Shown piece by piece: positions 11,451 through 24,818 of a stretch of 64,000 nucleotides of DNA (the stretch's first letter is position 1; each line of letters starts with the position of its first letter). This DNA is from Camelus dromedarius (lineage: Eukaryota): the NCBI RefSeq assembly GCF_036321535.1, contig NC_087472.1, positions 93,746,001 to 93,810,000 on the forward strand, in the 5' to 3' direction. The notes below the pieces were generated by a model that ran no database searches, was not told the DNA's origin, and saw only the letters and a program-made list of their open reading frames with translations. Both the position numbers and the translations under genes were made by a program.

Positions 11451-13754
11451 AATTTAAGCACTGAGCAGTCCAAACCTCTAATTTAACAGATCAAGACACT
11501 AATTACTTATGTAGTTAAGTAACAAAGTTAGGTTATTTTTTTTTCATGATTGTAAACTTTGCTATGTCTTAAAAGGAAATATTTTTCCACCCAAAGTACA
11601 TTGTTGTTTTTCAACCATTTTTGCCTTTCCTAATTCCCACATCTGCCAAATTTTTCTAATCCTTTACTCCTCTGTAGGGAGAATATTTTGTTTATTTTCC
11701 TTTGACTATATCTTATAGAATTACTTCAGTCATTGGTAATATATATAATTGGTAATTTGTATCAAAATAGTATTTAGACTTTGGAGAATATTAATTTTTT
11801 TATTTTCTTTATATTCAAGTAGATACCCATAATTCCCAGCTTTGAGAAAGAGCCACATAAACATCCCATAATGCATGAGTGATATATACAAATAATGTCA
11901 GAGGAGAGAACATCGCCTTCTGACCTTCACATAAATTGTCCTATGTCCCATTGCTAGAGGGCTGAGAGCTCTTTAAACTTTGTGACCTACTTAACATGGC
12001 TGTAACTGTCATTCTTATTCATAGCAACGTTTAATGCTTTCCTGGGTGTTACTAAACTATTTACCACAATGATATATTGCAGAATTGAATTCCATGGCTT
12101 CATTGTGTGCTGCATAAAGAGTTGTATGGCTCATCAGTCTAAAGTGGAATGCGATTCCTTCTCATTGAGAGTCAGCTTGTTTCCATGGTATGAGAATGGG
12201 AGAAGAAAACACCTTATGTTTTCAGTAAAACATTCATTACTTTTATAGCTATTTTTCCTTTTCATAGTTTACTTCTCCCTATTACTAAGTAACTCACTAT
12301 AATGCCTTCCAGACATAGCTTTTATATTTATTTTGGCCTTTTTACCCAACATTAATATTTGGCCTGATTTTAATCTGTCACATTTTACATAATCTTCATT
12401 ATAAATTGACTACTGTGTGAAACTGATGCTCAAAAGAAATCTGCAAGCACTGCAAGGAAAAGACATCAGCATTATACAGTTAGGAATAAATCAAAGTTGA
12501 AATTCAGAATTTTTAAGTTCTGTTCATATGAATGTCTTTTCTTTTCCTATATCTGCTTGAAAATTAGAACATACTTTCTTCCACCTGTTTAATTACATTA
12601 AAATTTTATCTCATTTAAAACAAATACATATTTATCAACATTTAAGTAAGTTCATAGATAATATTTATCTTTTACATATGTGAAAATCAATCCAAATATT
12701 TTCATGTTAACTCAATCTAAATGACCTCGTCATGAGTATTCTCTGCAAAGACATTTAGAGTTAGCACTTCTGCCCATGAAAGTGTTTTAAGAGCACTTTT
12801 CTAATACCAACAGGATAGGAATATAATTATTTTAGCTACCTCCCAAAAATATTTGCAACAATATTATTCTTTGAATACTGCATGTAGGACCAACAGTTCA
12901 TGCACATCTTAAAATACTTCCTATGCATAATACCAACTGGAAACAATTTTTTTAAAGTATTGAAAATAAGAGACAAAATATAATTGATGAATAGTGTCCA
13001 CAGTTATATTGATACTCAATAAAATGGCTGTAAGAATTTTATGAAAATAACCTTTAAAAATAGTATAAAATTTTTAATTAGAAAATTAATTTTTGCACAT
13101 AAAAATGGATGATACTGAGATCTTATTTATATATGTGTTTCTTGTGGGATTATTTTCATGTATTAATTTAGACATGCTTGCCTTAATCTTTCTTATAGAC
13201 AATTCTATGATGGTTAAATCTAGATGGCTGGTAGGTGAACTTTTTATTGCAAACATACTGCTTTTCATCATTAAACAATGTAATTGCTTAAACAGATCAA
13301 ATGTGTGTATAGTAATAATCATATCAAGATCTCTAACCCCTTCCAACTACAATGATATAGTAATTTAACAAGAATTGCTTTGTTCCTCTGCAAACCTGTC
13401 AGATCTAGGTTTTAATTATCTTCTCACCAGCTCTAGGCCTTTTCATATTCACATGGTACGTAAATTAATGTAGTCTCTTATTTTGAAAGAGTTAAGGGAT
13501 AAGAATATACTAGAATATTTCTCTCTTACCTCTATTAACCACATACATACCTTCTTGTAGAATGTAATTCAAAGAGAAAATAAAAAGACTCAATTCTGGA
13601 GAGTAAGATAAATAGGAAAAAAATCCTTGCTCTCAACAAAACAAATGCTAACAATCCTTAGGGTCATGAGAGTATAACTGAAGGAAAATTAATTTAGAAA
13701 AAGTTTTTTTACAAATTTCCAAAGTGAAACTAATTCTGTCTTCATTTAAATAGA

Positions 13755-15745
13755 ATGATTTGTTCAACAAACATATTTTAAGCACCTACTCTATGTTAAG
13801 CATTATTCTAAAGTTGGGGCTATAACACTGAACTAAAAAGACAAAGCTCCTGTCTGTCTGATTACATCTTACATGCTAAGAGAGTGAAAAAGAAAATAAA
13901 TAATTAAACATGATATATAATATATCAGGTAGTAGTAAGTGCTGTAAAGAAAAGGAAATGAGGTAATGGGATATAGTGAATGAGGGAGAAATTATAGGGA
14001 TATCTAAAAGACTTGTCTTCCTATATTAAAGTTGATCAGCAGTCTGTAGCAAGGATGTGAAAAATGGGTATCTGTGGGAGGAACATCAAAGATTGTCAAA
14101 ACCTTGATTCCAGGGCTTAGAGTCTGATCAGTTACAATGATGGAATCACCACTAACTGACGTAAGAAAGACTGAAGTAGAAGAGCATTGGCTAAAATCAA
14201 AAGTTTGGATTTAGGCATATTGTTTATTTATTTACTTTTAATGGAGGTACTGGGGATTGAACCCAGGACCTCATGCATGCTAAGCACACATCTACCATTG
14301 AGCTGTATTCTCCCCCCTCACCCCCAGATTTAGGCAAATTACTTTTGAAATACCTATTTGACATCCTAAGGGAAATATCACATAACAGTTTGTTATGAGA
14401 CTAGAATTCTAGTGAGAGATTTATGGATTATAAATTTGGTAGTTTCCTACATAAAGGTAGTATTTGAAGCCCTAAGTCTTGATGTGGGAATGGGTAAAGA
14501 TGGAGAAGAGAGGAGGTCTGAAGACTGAGTCCTGGAGCTTTCCAGTTGTTGGAGTCTAAAAGAGGAAGGTGATACAGCAATAGAAACTGAAAAAGAGCAC
14601 TCATGTGATCAGAAGAAAACCAAGAAAACTTGTCCTGGAAGCCAAGTAAAGCAAATGTTTGCACTAAGAGAGTGAACAATTGTCTCAGTTGATGTTAACT
14701 AGTCAGGTACGTTAAAGATTGTGAATTGACCATTGAAATTGGCAAAGTAGAGACCAAGACAGAATGTCACTAAAGCTGTTTTGTTAGTTGTTTGGATAAA
14801 AGCTTGATGGAAATGGGTTTGTAAAAGTACAAGAGGAAGTGAGACAGGGTGTATAAATAGCTTTTTCTGAGGATTTTAATATAGAGAGGGACAAAGAAAT
14901 GGAGAGTAAGCTATGGAAAGACACAAAGTTGAAGGAGTTCTGTTTGTTGTAGAAGATAGTACAGTGTATCCATGTGCTGATGAGTAGTATCCATAAGAGG
15001 GAACCTCAAGAAAGAGGAGAGAGTTATGTCTTTGAGTAGGCAAGAGAGAATGGGATCCAGTTCACAAGTGTAAGGGTTAGCCTTGGCTAGCATCAGTAGC
15101 CATTCTTTGAGGGCAAAGGAGGGAAGGGAAAGGATATAGATTCAGACTTAAGTAGATTGGTAGATGTGGTGGTAAGAGTGGAATCTTTTATCAGTTATGT
15201 TTTATTTCATCAGGAAATAAGAAAGGTCATGATCTGAAAGTAAATAAAGAGAAGAAAATATTCATACTTTGTGAAGAGAGAAGAGGGTATGAAAGAAATA
15301 GTTATCTAAGAAAGTAGGAGAACAAATGCAATAGGGAAATACAGTATGATTCCATTAGGACTCATGCATTTATAATGAGATCCTGTTAGCACTTTTACGT
15401 GTTTTTGTATTCAGGTTTAGCTGCTTAGGTGCAGATATGAAATAGGCAGATAATTATATTTAGCTATGGTTGGGGTTTTGTCAGGCAAGTAAAATGAAGA
15501 GAGGACAAGGAAACTGAAAGTGTATGTGAGGGCAGCTAGGCTGGAGAGAGTTGAAAGTGATGACTGAGGGGTTGAGAATTAGGGAAAATACAAAGATCAG
15601 TTGCTTGATTGTCTCATGGAGTTGTATAATACTGGAGATCAGTTTATAAGATTGAGGAAATTGGAAAGAAAAAAGGCAATGATCAGAATGGATGCATGAA
15701 AATAAGATTATGGAGTGAGTACAAATACCTATTATGTCAACTATC
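13755..15745 (-). mobile_element. Long L2 remnant
   Basis: Starts with the antisense L2 tail tttgttcaacaaacatatttaagcacctactctatg. Purine-rich L2 body follows (gaagactgagtcctggag, aaccaagaaaacttgtcctggaagccaagt, gaattgaccattgaaattggc). Confidence 0.8.
14222..14326 (-). mobile_element. tRNA-derived SINE, camelid vic-1-like, inserted in L2
   Basis: ggaggtactggggattgaacccaggacctcatgcatgctaagcaca. TSD gatttaggcatatt (14208-14221) / gatttaggcaaatt (14327-14340). Confidence 0.9.
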
Positions 15746-18614
15746 AGAGAGCGAGAGAGCGAGAGAGTGCACAGATTGATTTCTTGGCTTCTTAGTATTT
15801 GAGCCAGGAGATGGGTGGGTTATGGTTCAGCATTAGATTCATTGGTACAAAGGCTTCTGGTTTCAGGAACCACAAGGCTCCATAAGACTGTGCAATTTCT
15901 TTCTCCTTTTCAGCCCTGCCTTTGTTGTCATTTTCTCAGAAAAAAATTGGGGTAGGAGAGAATTGTTAGGCTGACTGAATTATCGTTGTATTTGTGAGTG
16001 TTTTAGAATTCATTGTTTTGCCTGTTAACACCTTGATCAATAGTTGATACTCAAACCTAGCTTTTGCCCTCAAATGGCACCCTTGGCTCATTGTTACCTG
16101 AAGAAGAGCTCCTTTCTCTGAAAATCAGCTCATTTAAGCTTCAGTACTTCCACTACTCTTTGATAGTTCTTTAGAAACATGTGAGTTCTATTTTATTTAT
16201 ATTTATCTTGATGTACAATGAGAGCAAAGATATTCTGCTTCATTTTACATCCTATACTGGATGGAATTCACCATCCATGTTTTCAAATTCTTGATGCAAC
16301 TTCTGATTGTGCTCTGCTGTAATCAGAATATCTTAGTATGACCTTAATCAGTGCCTAATTGAAGAAAACTGAGGAAATCTTTTCCTTATTCTAAATGATC
16401 ATGTTCACCTTTCTACCCCGGACCTTCATCCATAGTGTTAGTATATTTTTTGATACATATCACATTTTGCCATATTATTACCCGTCTTGTATTACTCCAT
16501 ATAGGAAATCCTCACAATTTGGTCTTCAATGATCTACCCTTTTGGATCCAGAACTGCTCATCACATTATCTCTTAGTGTACCTGACACAATGTTTGGGCC
16601 ATGATAATCACATTTCTAGATTCTTTATCATCATGTTTTTCTTCTGAATGTGTTCGTGTTTGCTTATATTTCTGTAATCTGGCCTCTACAGCTGGAAAAA
16701 TCCCTCTGTATTCAAACCATGCAGTCATATTTCCTCTCTTTACGTGGTCATTCCAGTTTATGATGTCTAACTTTCTCAAGTTTAAACTGCAGTGAGAGAT
16801 TTTGGTTTGGTTTCATATTGAGCATCTAGTCAGATGAAACAGTTGGGTCATCTTCATGTGGAAAGGAAAGCAGTTTACTATAGTCACCCCCCTTTTTGTT
16901 GTGGGGTGATAAATAAGTTGAACAAAAGGTCAAGGTTTTATCCCTGTTGCAATTTACAAATCATAATTACAGTCTGTGGTGTCCTATTAATTATTATGAA
17001 TTTTCATCTAACATATTAGGTATTGACTCAGTTTTTAAAATTGAAAATTTTCTTAAGCATATTTTGAATGCTTTATTATGAGACTTCAGTCTTTCTCCCT
17101 CATTTGTCTCTGTCCCTTTAGCACAAGTAAACAAAGAAGATATTTTAAAATACTGTCTTTGTTCATCATATTTGTACATCTCATGAAAGTGTGATTGATT
17201 AGAAAGTTTATAGGTCTGCTCTGGTCTTTTTAAAAATTGAAGATTATTAATATCCATTCATAGAATATTGTACAGGCATGCATAGTCATTAACCACATGT
17301 GTTCTACACTCACAGACCAGGAACTAAGTAGGCGTAACTGCTTGCCATATACTTTTTGTCATAGAAGTCAGAAGTCAGTTATACAATAAAAAGTAAATAC
17401 ACAGGCTAGCTTGTCATTATAATATGGTGTCCATATTATTTTAGTCATAATTGTGAGTTTAGGGTGCTTTGCATCTCACTTTGAAATAGGCCTAAATATT
17501 TAAATTAAAAATGAGTGGTCATTTACAACTTTGGATCAAGTGACCAAATGGAAGTACAAATTAAATTTTAGGTTTGTTAAGCAAAGCAACATATGTTTGT
17601 TTAGAAATGGTTAGCAACTATTAACAGTAACTGGTAATTAGACTTTCTCATTTTCTTTACAAAGAAAATTTTGAATATCTCATAAAGTTGTAAAATACAT
17701 TTCAAAATTTTCCTCCAAGAAGCAATAAATTTTAGTTGGTTTAGAAACATTTACTGATAAAGTTAAACCAGTATCAAATTGAAGAATATGCTCAGTTGTT
17801 AGCCATTAATATGTGTGTGTGTGTGTATAGATGTATATATACACCTGTGTATGTATGTATACACATACATATTCTTACCATTTTGTCAATATTCTGAGTA
17901 AGTCAAATTAAAGAATGTATTGAAATTTAAAGATAAGCTATGAAATGACTGATACAATTAGCAGTGTCATCTATATGAGTTTCATTTTCTTCAGGTTACA
18001 CACAGAAATATAACTCAGAAATAAAGGTAAATTATGAAGTTAAAATGGCAAACTGTAATTTCAATCATTATGCCAATTTTTAAGTTAAATTCATCAAAAC
18101 AATCCATATTTTATTGCCTAACTTAGTAATAATAAAATATTATTGATGGGAGTTTGTAAAGGGCATTAATATTTTAAAAAATGATTTGTTCTAAACATTG
18201 TGGATAAGCATGTGATTTCATTACAATAAAATAGATTTGAAACTATTTCTTCTCTATTCCCCTCCTCCTTTTGACAAATCTAGGCCCTTATGGCTTGGCA
18301 TTTTGAATGTACTTTGTTTACTATAGAATTTTAATTATTTTAGAATGAATTTATTATGTGCAGTAATGTCTGCATCAGGCTGAGCACTGAACAAATATTA
18401 GGCTTCAGTACTTTTTCATGAATAAATGGTAAAACCAGGTTATCCATTTTTTATCTTTAACAATTAATTATTATTAAACCATTAACATCTTCCTGTAGGC
18501 AATGCTCATATTAGTCTGCATTGTGAAGTTCATAACTTATGTTGATTGATATTTTCTCCCCATTTAAACTGTTGTTTTCCTGAGGACAGGAGCATGTTAA
18601 CATTTCAGTCAGAT

Positions 18615-18830
18615 GCAGTTGGAAGGACACTAATCTAAAAGTTTCAGGACTAAGACACTAATTTTAACTTCCCTACAGTATCATACTTAGAGAGTTTCTT
18701 AATTTCTCTGAGCCTTAATTTTTTTTAACCTATCAAAAGAGAAATGAAATATATGCTCTGCTTCCCTGATACAGATCATACACTGATTGAAGAAAATAAT
18801 ACATGTAAAAGAACTTTTCTAGCTCATAAG
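18615..18830 (+). mobile_element. MIR SINE
   Basis: Core-like tttcttaatttctctgagccttaattt..cctatcaaaa and ataatacatgtaaaagaacttt. Confidence 0.6.
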
Positions 18831-18989
18831 TATCATGAAAAAAGACCTTGTTTAGTTATTGTTATGTTTTCAATTGCAGTTTCTAAAAAGGAAGAGAGAG
18901 GAAAGATGGAGAGATAGATAGGGGAAACAACTTATTCTCTTATTTTTATAAAATTAGATAGTATCATAATACTCCAAGTCACTACTCTA

Positions 18990-19190
18990 AACCAGTCTCC
19001 TAAATGGAGAAAAGGAGTGTAATAAGGAAGCTGAAATTGTGGGAGTGTTTCGGTTGTCACGATATCTGGAAAGTGCTCCTGTGCTTATGGGGGTAGGTAG
19101 CTGGGAGGCTAAACTTTCTGCAGCCCTCAGAATAGTACCACACGTAAGAATTATCTTGCTCAAAATGCTAATTGCTATAACAAGAAAAAA
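18990..19190. mobile_element. hAT-Charlie MITE (MER20-like)
   Basis: tttcggttgtcacgat and ccacacgtaagaattatcttgctcaaaatgctaattg. Confidence 0.55.
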
Positions 19191-21284
19191 TTTTTGAAAG
19201 ACTTTTTTTTGAGTATTTGAGTTAAATAAATTGAATCATATACCAGTATCTGTATTTTTAAATTCTGGATCAAAAATAAACCAAATATAGTTCTAATTAT
19301 ATTCTTATATGATAAAATACTTTATGAAATCTAACATAATGTTCTAAATTGTATATTTATACGATGTTAAAGCATTTGTAAGTATTCCTTAATTATTGAT
19401 GGTATTATATAGATCTAACCTTGTAATTTGAATTATTTCTATTCCATCTTAACCTTTGGTACACTGTAGGAATATTTTAACATCAATGTAGCAGAAAGTT
19501 CTGTGGGAAAACATGCTTTATTTGAAATGAAGCTTGGTGCCTACAAAGAAAAATAATTAAGATTTTTGATATTATTTTGTCCAAGGCAATTGTAAAACTT
19601 TCTCTAAAATTAAGAAACAAGATTATTTTCCCCTCGTGATTACTTGAGGCAATTTTTAATCATAGAGGGATGAATCCAGTGACTTCTCTTCACACTGGAA
19701 AGATGTCTCTGCAAGTAGAAATTGATCGCTTCTCCCCTAAAAGTAAAAAGTGCCTTCCATGGTGAAGAGTTGAAATCAATGCATTCATTATACACCATTT
19801 AATCATTCACCCTCCTTTGCATTTGGAAAGAACAAGATGCCTGCCAAATAAATTTGCAGGGATGGTGTTCAGTTTTTGTGATTCCTCAGGTAAAAATTGT
19901 CTTCAGTCCTCCTTCTTGCCAGTAATGTGAGTCCTCCCCATGCTGTAAGCAAGTGAAGATCCATACACACCATTTTATCAAGCTCTCTGTGCTTTGGAGA
20001 TAATATATTTTGAAATTTTGTGGCTAGAGTTGTAGTTTCATCCTAATACAATTTCAATAATAGTCCCTTACAGTTTTCCACTACTTTTAGGAAAGAAAGC
20101 CACTAGATTAATCAGTTTTCTTCTTGAATTCCAGTAATGGCTTAGGATTTGTTTTCTACTAATTGCCTTACAGACAGATACTGATTTTTTAAAATTTGTT
20201 CACCTGATATTTACTTTCAAGGAAAGTACTGCTCATTTCCATACAATTCATACCTACTCATACAGTGATTCACTCCTGAAAGTTAAGGGGTGGAATATAA
20301 AATATTGAAAGAATATTAGTAATGGTAGAATATGGTAATGTCATCAGTTAGGAATAACTTTGCTTAGCTTGGCCGTTATGTACTCTGCAGGTTTGGTTTA
20401 ATTGAAAGTTGGGGGGATGAATACAACTCATAAGCTTTTTGAATGAATATGAGTGTTTTATTCTTTTATTATGTGACATCTTTATTAAAATACTTTTATT
20501 GTCCCAGTTCTAATGTTATGTAGAGCGAAGTTTAATTTTTTGGAAAACTTGCAAAATTAATCTTCTTCTCTTGGTTCCTTTTTTGTGTGCAAATCATGAG
20601 GAGATAAAATTCAAATAAAATGTATCCAGATATAGGGACCTGGTCATTTTCTCTTTGGATTTGATAAATTGATCTTTCATTTTTCCTCACAGGATATAAA
20701 ATTTCCAGGAAAAGAGGAAGATACAGTTAAAAAGTTATTAAGCTGATTAAAAGTAATGTGCATTAAATGCATTGAATTTAATTTAAAATAATACGTTATA
20801 TCCATGGTTGTGCCCACATTGCAAGTGTTTGCTACATTTATCCTCTAAATTGTTTATTGCAATGCATTTTCCTTATTTATTCCTTCTCAACTCTTTAAAA
20901 ATAGAATTCCCCACGTCCAAGACACAGTTTCTGTCGACACCCCCTTCATGGCCACATAAACAACTTTTTATTATGATATATAACCTCTTTGTGGAAATTT
21001 TCTTAAAACCATGTCCACTCTATAGCATTGCAAGTTCCCTAGTTGATGAATGGAATTCCCTTAGTTCAATGCATGTATTCCCAATATTCAATGCATAGTG
21101 AAGGAACCAACCAAAATCTTTTATCTGGGAATTTTATCTTCTAGTCCTGAGTACACCACCAAATGTGTGACCGTGAGATTTTACTCATCCTGATTGAGGT
21201 CACTTTATTTCTAAAATGTGGGAATTATTCATAGTCTTTCCTGTTTGTTTACTTACTATCATGAGTATGGCTTTGTTTTCTGTT

Positions 21285-22553
21285 TCTGATTATTGAAAAT
21301 TAGAGATACACACAAAGGTAGAAAACAATAAGCCACCTCTAGGCAATGACACAGAAAATATTAAAGTAGTTAAAGCCCACCCTCCACATGCCCTTCCCCA
21401 AACACTTCCCTGCCTTGTTGACCAAAAGATATACACTCTTGAATTGCATGTTTTCCACCTTGCATATATATTCTTAGTACATGCATATATATTCTAAAAC
21501 AATCATTATATTAATTTTTTCATATTTCAATATTTATATACAGTATGAAGCCTCCTATCTTTTTTGTTCACTCAAATTTTAAACTTTAAGACTCATATAT
21601 AAATGATAGATACTTCATTCCTTTTCATTGCTCCGTATCAGTCAATTGTGTAAATATACCCTGGTTTATTTCTCTTCTGTTGATGGACTTATAGGTTATT
21701 TAAAATTCTTCATTGTTATAAAGAATACTGAAATAAGACGTTCTTGGATATGGTAGTTTGTGATTCATAGTCTGAAAATTACCTCTTTATAACTTCCTCT
21801 TTTCTATTGGAAATTTGATCTTTTACTTATCAATTAATAGAAGTCCTTAACAACTTATGGGTTCTAATTTTTATTCAGTGATATATTTTGAAGGTTTTTT
21901 TTTTATCAAGTCTGGGCCTTGTCTTATAATGCTGTTAATGCCATCATCATTTCTTGATATTAAAATATTTTAATATGGTTAAATTTTAATCGGTCTCTTA
22001 TGTTCTTAGAATTTTGTATCATTTTTTAAGAAATCATTTTCTACCTTGAAATAAGACATTCTCCTAATGTTCAGAAGTTTAAAATTTTGCTGCTGCTTGT
22101 ACTTTAGCCTTTAATCTACATGAAATAAATTTTTATGTATAGTGTGAAATGCATCTCACATGCTGTGAGATAATGATATACTTTTAGTTTGTCTGTGTGA
22201 ATAACCAATTACCTTGGCAACACTTACTCAGTAATTATTACATTTATGATCTGCATGTCCATGTATATCTACCTCTGTCAATTACATGTTATAAGTGCTT
22301 TAGGTTTCTAAATTTTCTTGCTGTCTTATATGGATATTCACACATTCATAATTTTTAATCCATAAATTTATATTGACTAGTCTTGATCTTTGCACTTTCA
22401 TAAGGATTTGGGGGTTAGCTTGTTAATTGAAAAAGGATGTTAGAATTTTGTGGGGATTGCATTGAATTTAACAGATATTTTGAAGAGAAATGTCATCTTT
22501 AATATACAGAATATTCTCATCAACGAACATGGTATATCTCCCCATTTATTCTT
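21285..22553 (-). mobile_element. Old L1ME-type element, left part
   Basis: Antisense L1 3'UTR and ORF2 motifs ending ggattgcattgaattta..aacatggtatatctcccatttattctt. Resumes at 24819. Confidence 0.7.
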
Positions 22554-24818
22554 TTTTCCAAAACAACACAATCTACCTTCTATCTTTAAAAATCAACTTA
22601 CTTAAATTAAAGAGCAAACAAACAACCAATCCTTTTAAAATATGGGCAGAAGAACTGGACAGACATTTTTCCAAAACAGGGAATGCAAAAGGCCAACAGG
22701 AACGTGAAAAGTTGCTCAGCATCACTAATATCAGGGAAATGCAAATCAAAATCACAATGAGATATTCTCTCTCACTTGTCAGAATGGCCATCACCAAAAA
22801 GAACACAAATATCAAATATTGGCAAGAGTGGGGAGAAAAGGGAACTCTTGTACACTGTTGGTGGAATGTAAATTGGTGCAGCCACTATGGAAAACAATAT
22901 GGGAGTTTCTCAAAAATCTAAAAATAGAACCACCATATGGTCCAGCAGTTCCACTCCTGGGCATATATTCAAGAAAAACAAAAATGTTAATTCAAAAAGA
23001 TACATGCAACCTTCTATTAACAGCAACATAACTTATAATTGCCAAGATGCGGAAGCCTCCTAGGTACACATCAATAGATTAATGGGTAAAGAAGATGTAG
23101 CGTATATATGCAATGAAATACAATCCACCCGTAAAAAAGGATATTTTGCCATTTGCAGCCCTTCATTCACTTTTGTTTTCATTTTAAAAACCAGAATTTT
23201 ATAACTGGCATAAACATTTCCATTGTATCAAAAACAACAAAATACCTAGAAATAAACTTAACCAAGGAAGTTACCTATACTCTGAAAATTGTAAAACGTT
23301 GATGAAGGAACTTGGAGATGGTACAGAAAATGGAAAGATATCTTGTGCTCTTGGATTGGAAGAATCAGCATTATCAAAATGGCTGTAGTACCCAAGGCAA
23401 TCTACAGATCTAATGCAACCCGTGTCAGAATACTCACATTTTTCACAGAACTAGAACAAACAATTCCAAAACTTGTATGGAATCATAAAAGACTCCAAAT
23501 TGCCAAAGCAATCTTTTATACGTCTTTTTTTGTCTTTCTTTTTTTTTAATTCTCTTTTCTTGTGGTTTGATGACTAGAGAAATTCCTTTAACATTGGTTG
23601 TAAAGCTGGTTTGGTGGTGCTGAATTCTTTTAGTTTTCATTTATCTGTGAAGCTTTTGATTTTTCCATCAAATCTGAATGAGAGCCTTGCTGGATAGAGT
23701 ATTCTTGGTTGTAAGTTTTTTCTTTTCATCACTTTAAATATATCATGCCACTCCCTTCTGGCCTGTAGAATTTCTGCTGAAAAATCAGCTGATAACCTTA
23801 TGAGAGTTCACTTGTATGTTATTTGTTGCTTTCTCTTGCTGAGTTTAATATTCTCACCTTACCCTTAATTTTTGTTAATTTGATTACTGTGTGCCTTGGT
23901 GTGTTCCTCTTGGGGTTGATCCTGTGTGGAACTCTTTGCACTTCCCGGACTTGGATGGCTGTTTCCTTTCCCAAGTTATGGAAGTTTTCGGTTATTACCT
24001 CTTCAGAATTTTTCTCAGGTCCTTTCTCTCTCTCTTCACTTTCTGGGACCCCTATAAATGTGAATATTAGTATGCTTCCTGTTGTCCTAGAGTTCTCTTA
24101 AACTATTCTCATTTCTTTTCATTCTTTTTTCTTTTTTCTGTTCCACAGTAGTGATTTCCACTAATCTGTGTTCTAGCTTACCAATCCATTCTTCTGCCTC
24201 ATTTAGTCTATTCTTGTTTCCTTCTAGCATGTTACTCATTTCAGTGATTTTATTCTTCAACTCTGTTTGGGTATCCTTTATTTTCCAACTCTTTGCTAAA
24301 AACTTTGCTCTGTGCATCTATACTCCTCTTGAGTTATCCGGACATCTTTGCCATCATTATTTTAAACTCCTTCTTGGATAAATTGCCTATCTCCTCATCA
24401 CTTATTTCTTCTGGGATTTTTATCGTGGACCTTGGACTGGAAGATACTCCTCTTGTGGCCTCATATTGTCTGCCTTTCTATTTATATTTTTAGGTAGGTT
24501 AGTTATGTTTCTCAACCTTGGAGGAGTGATTCTCTGTGGGAGACATCCTTTGTGTTCCAGCAGTACACTCCTTTCTTGTCACCCAAGGACCAGGGTCCAG
24601 GCAGTCCCAGTGTAGAGTCTGGCCTGTGTTTGTGAATACCTTCCATAGGCTTTTGGATTCTTGTTTTCTTATTTCTGTTATCTGCCCCCTGGTGGATGAG
24701 GCTGGACTAGAGGCTTATGCAGGTTTCCTGGTGGGAGGAGTTGGTGCCTGCCCACTGTTGGGTGGAGCTTGGTCCTGGACCTCTGGTGGGTGGGGCTGTG
24801 TCTAGAGGCATTTGTTGT
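22554..24818 (-). mobile_element. Rearranged cetartiodactyl-type L1: partial 5'UTR and ORF1 on minus, two ORF2 blocks on plus
   Basis: 12-bp perfect TSD ccatttattctt (22542-22553 / 24819-24830). ORF1 on minus at 24464-23574. ORF2 blocks on plus: [20 protein letters not shown] (about 22600-23160) and [21 protein letters not shown] (about 23220-23515). Confidence 0.85.

Noticed and set aside
13086..13368. Overlapping 86-aa and 91-aa ORFs on opposite strands
   Set aside because: Composition is typical of random AT-rich ORFs, with no domain or splice support.
20693..20746. Exon after strong acceptor ctttcatttttcctcacag (DIKFPGKEEDTVKKLLS*)
   Set aside because: No recognisable protein, an early stop and no convincing donor.
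22153..22171. Perfect 8-bp hairpin atctcaca-tgc-tgtgagat (similar 7-bp stems at 16884-16909 and near 19676-19699)
   Set aside because: Too short to exceed chance in 64 kb, and no miRNA-length stem.
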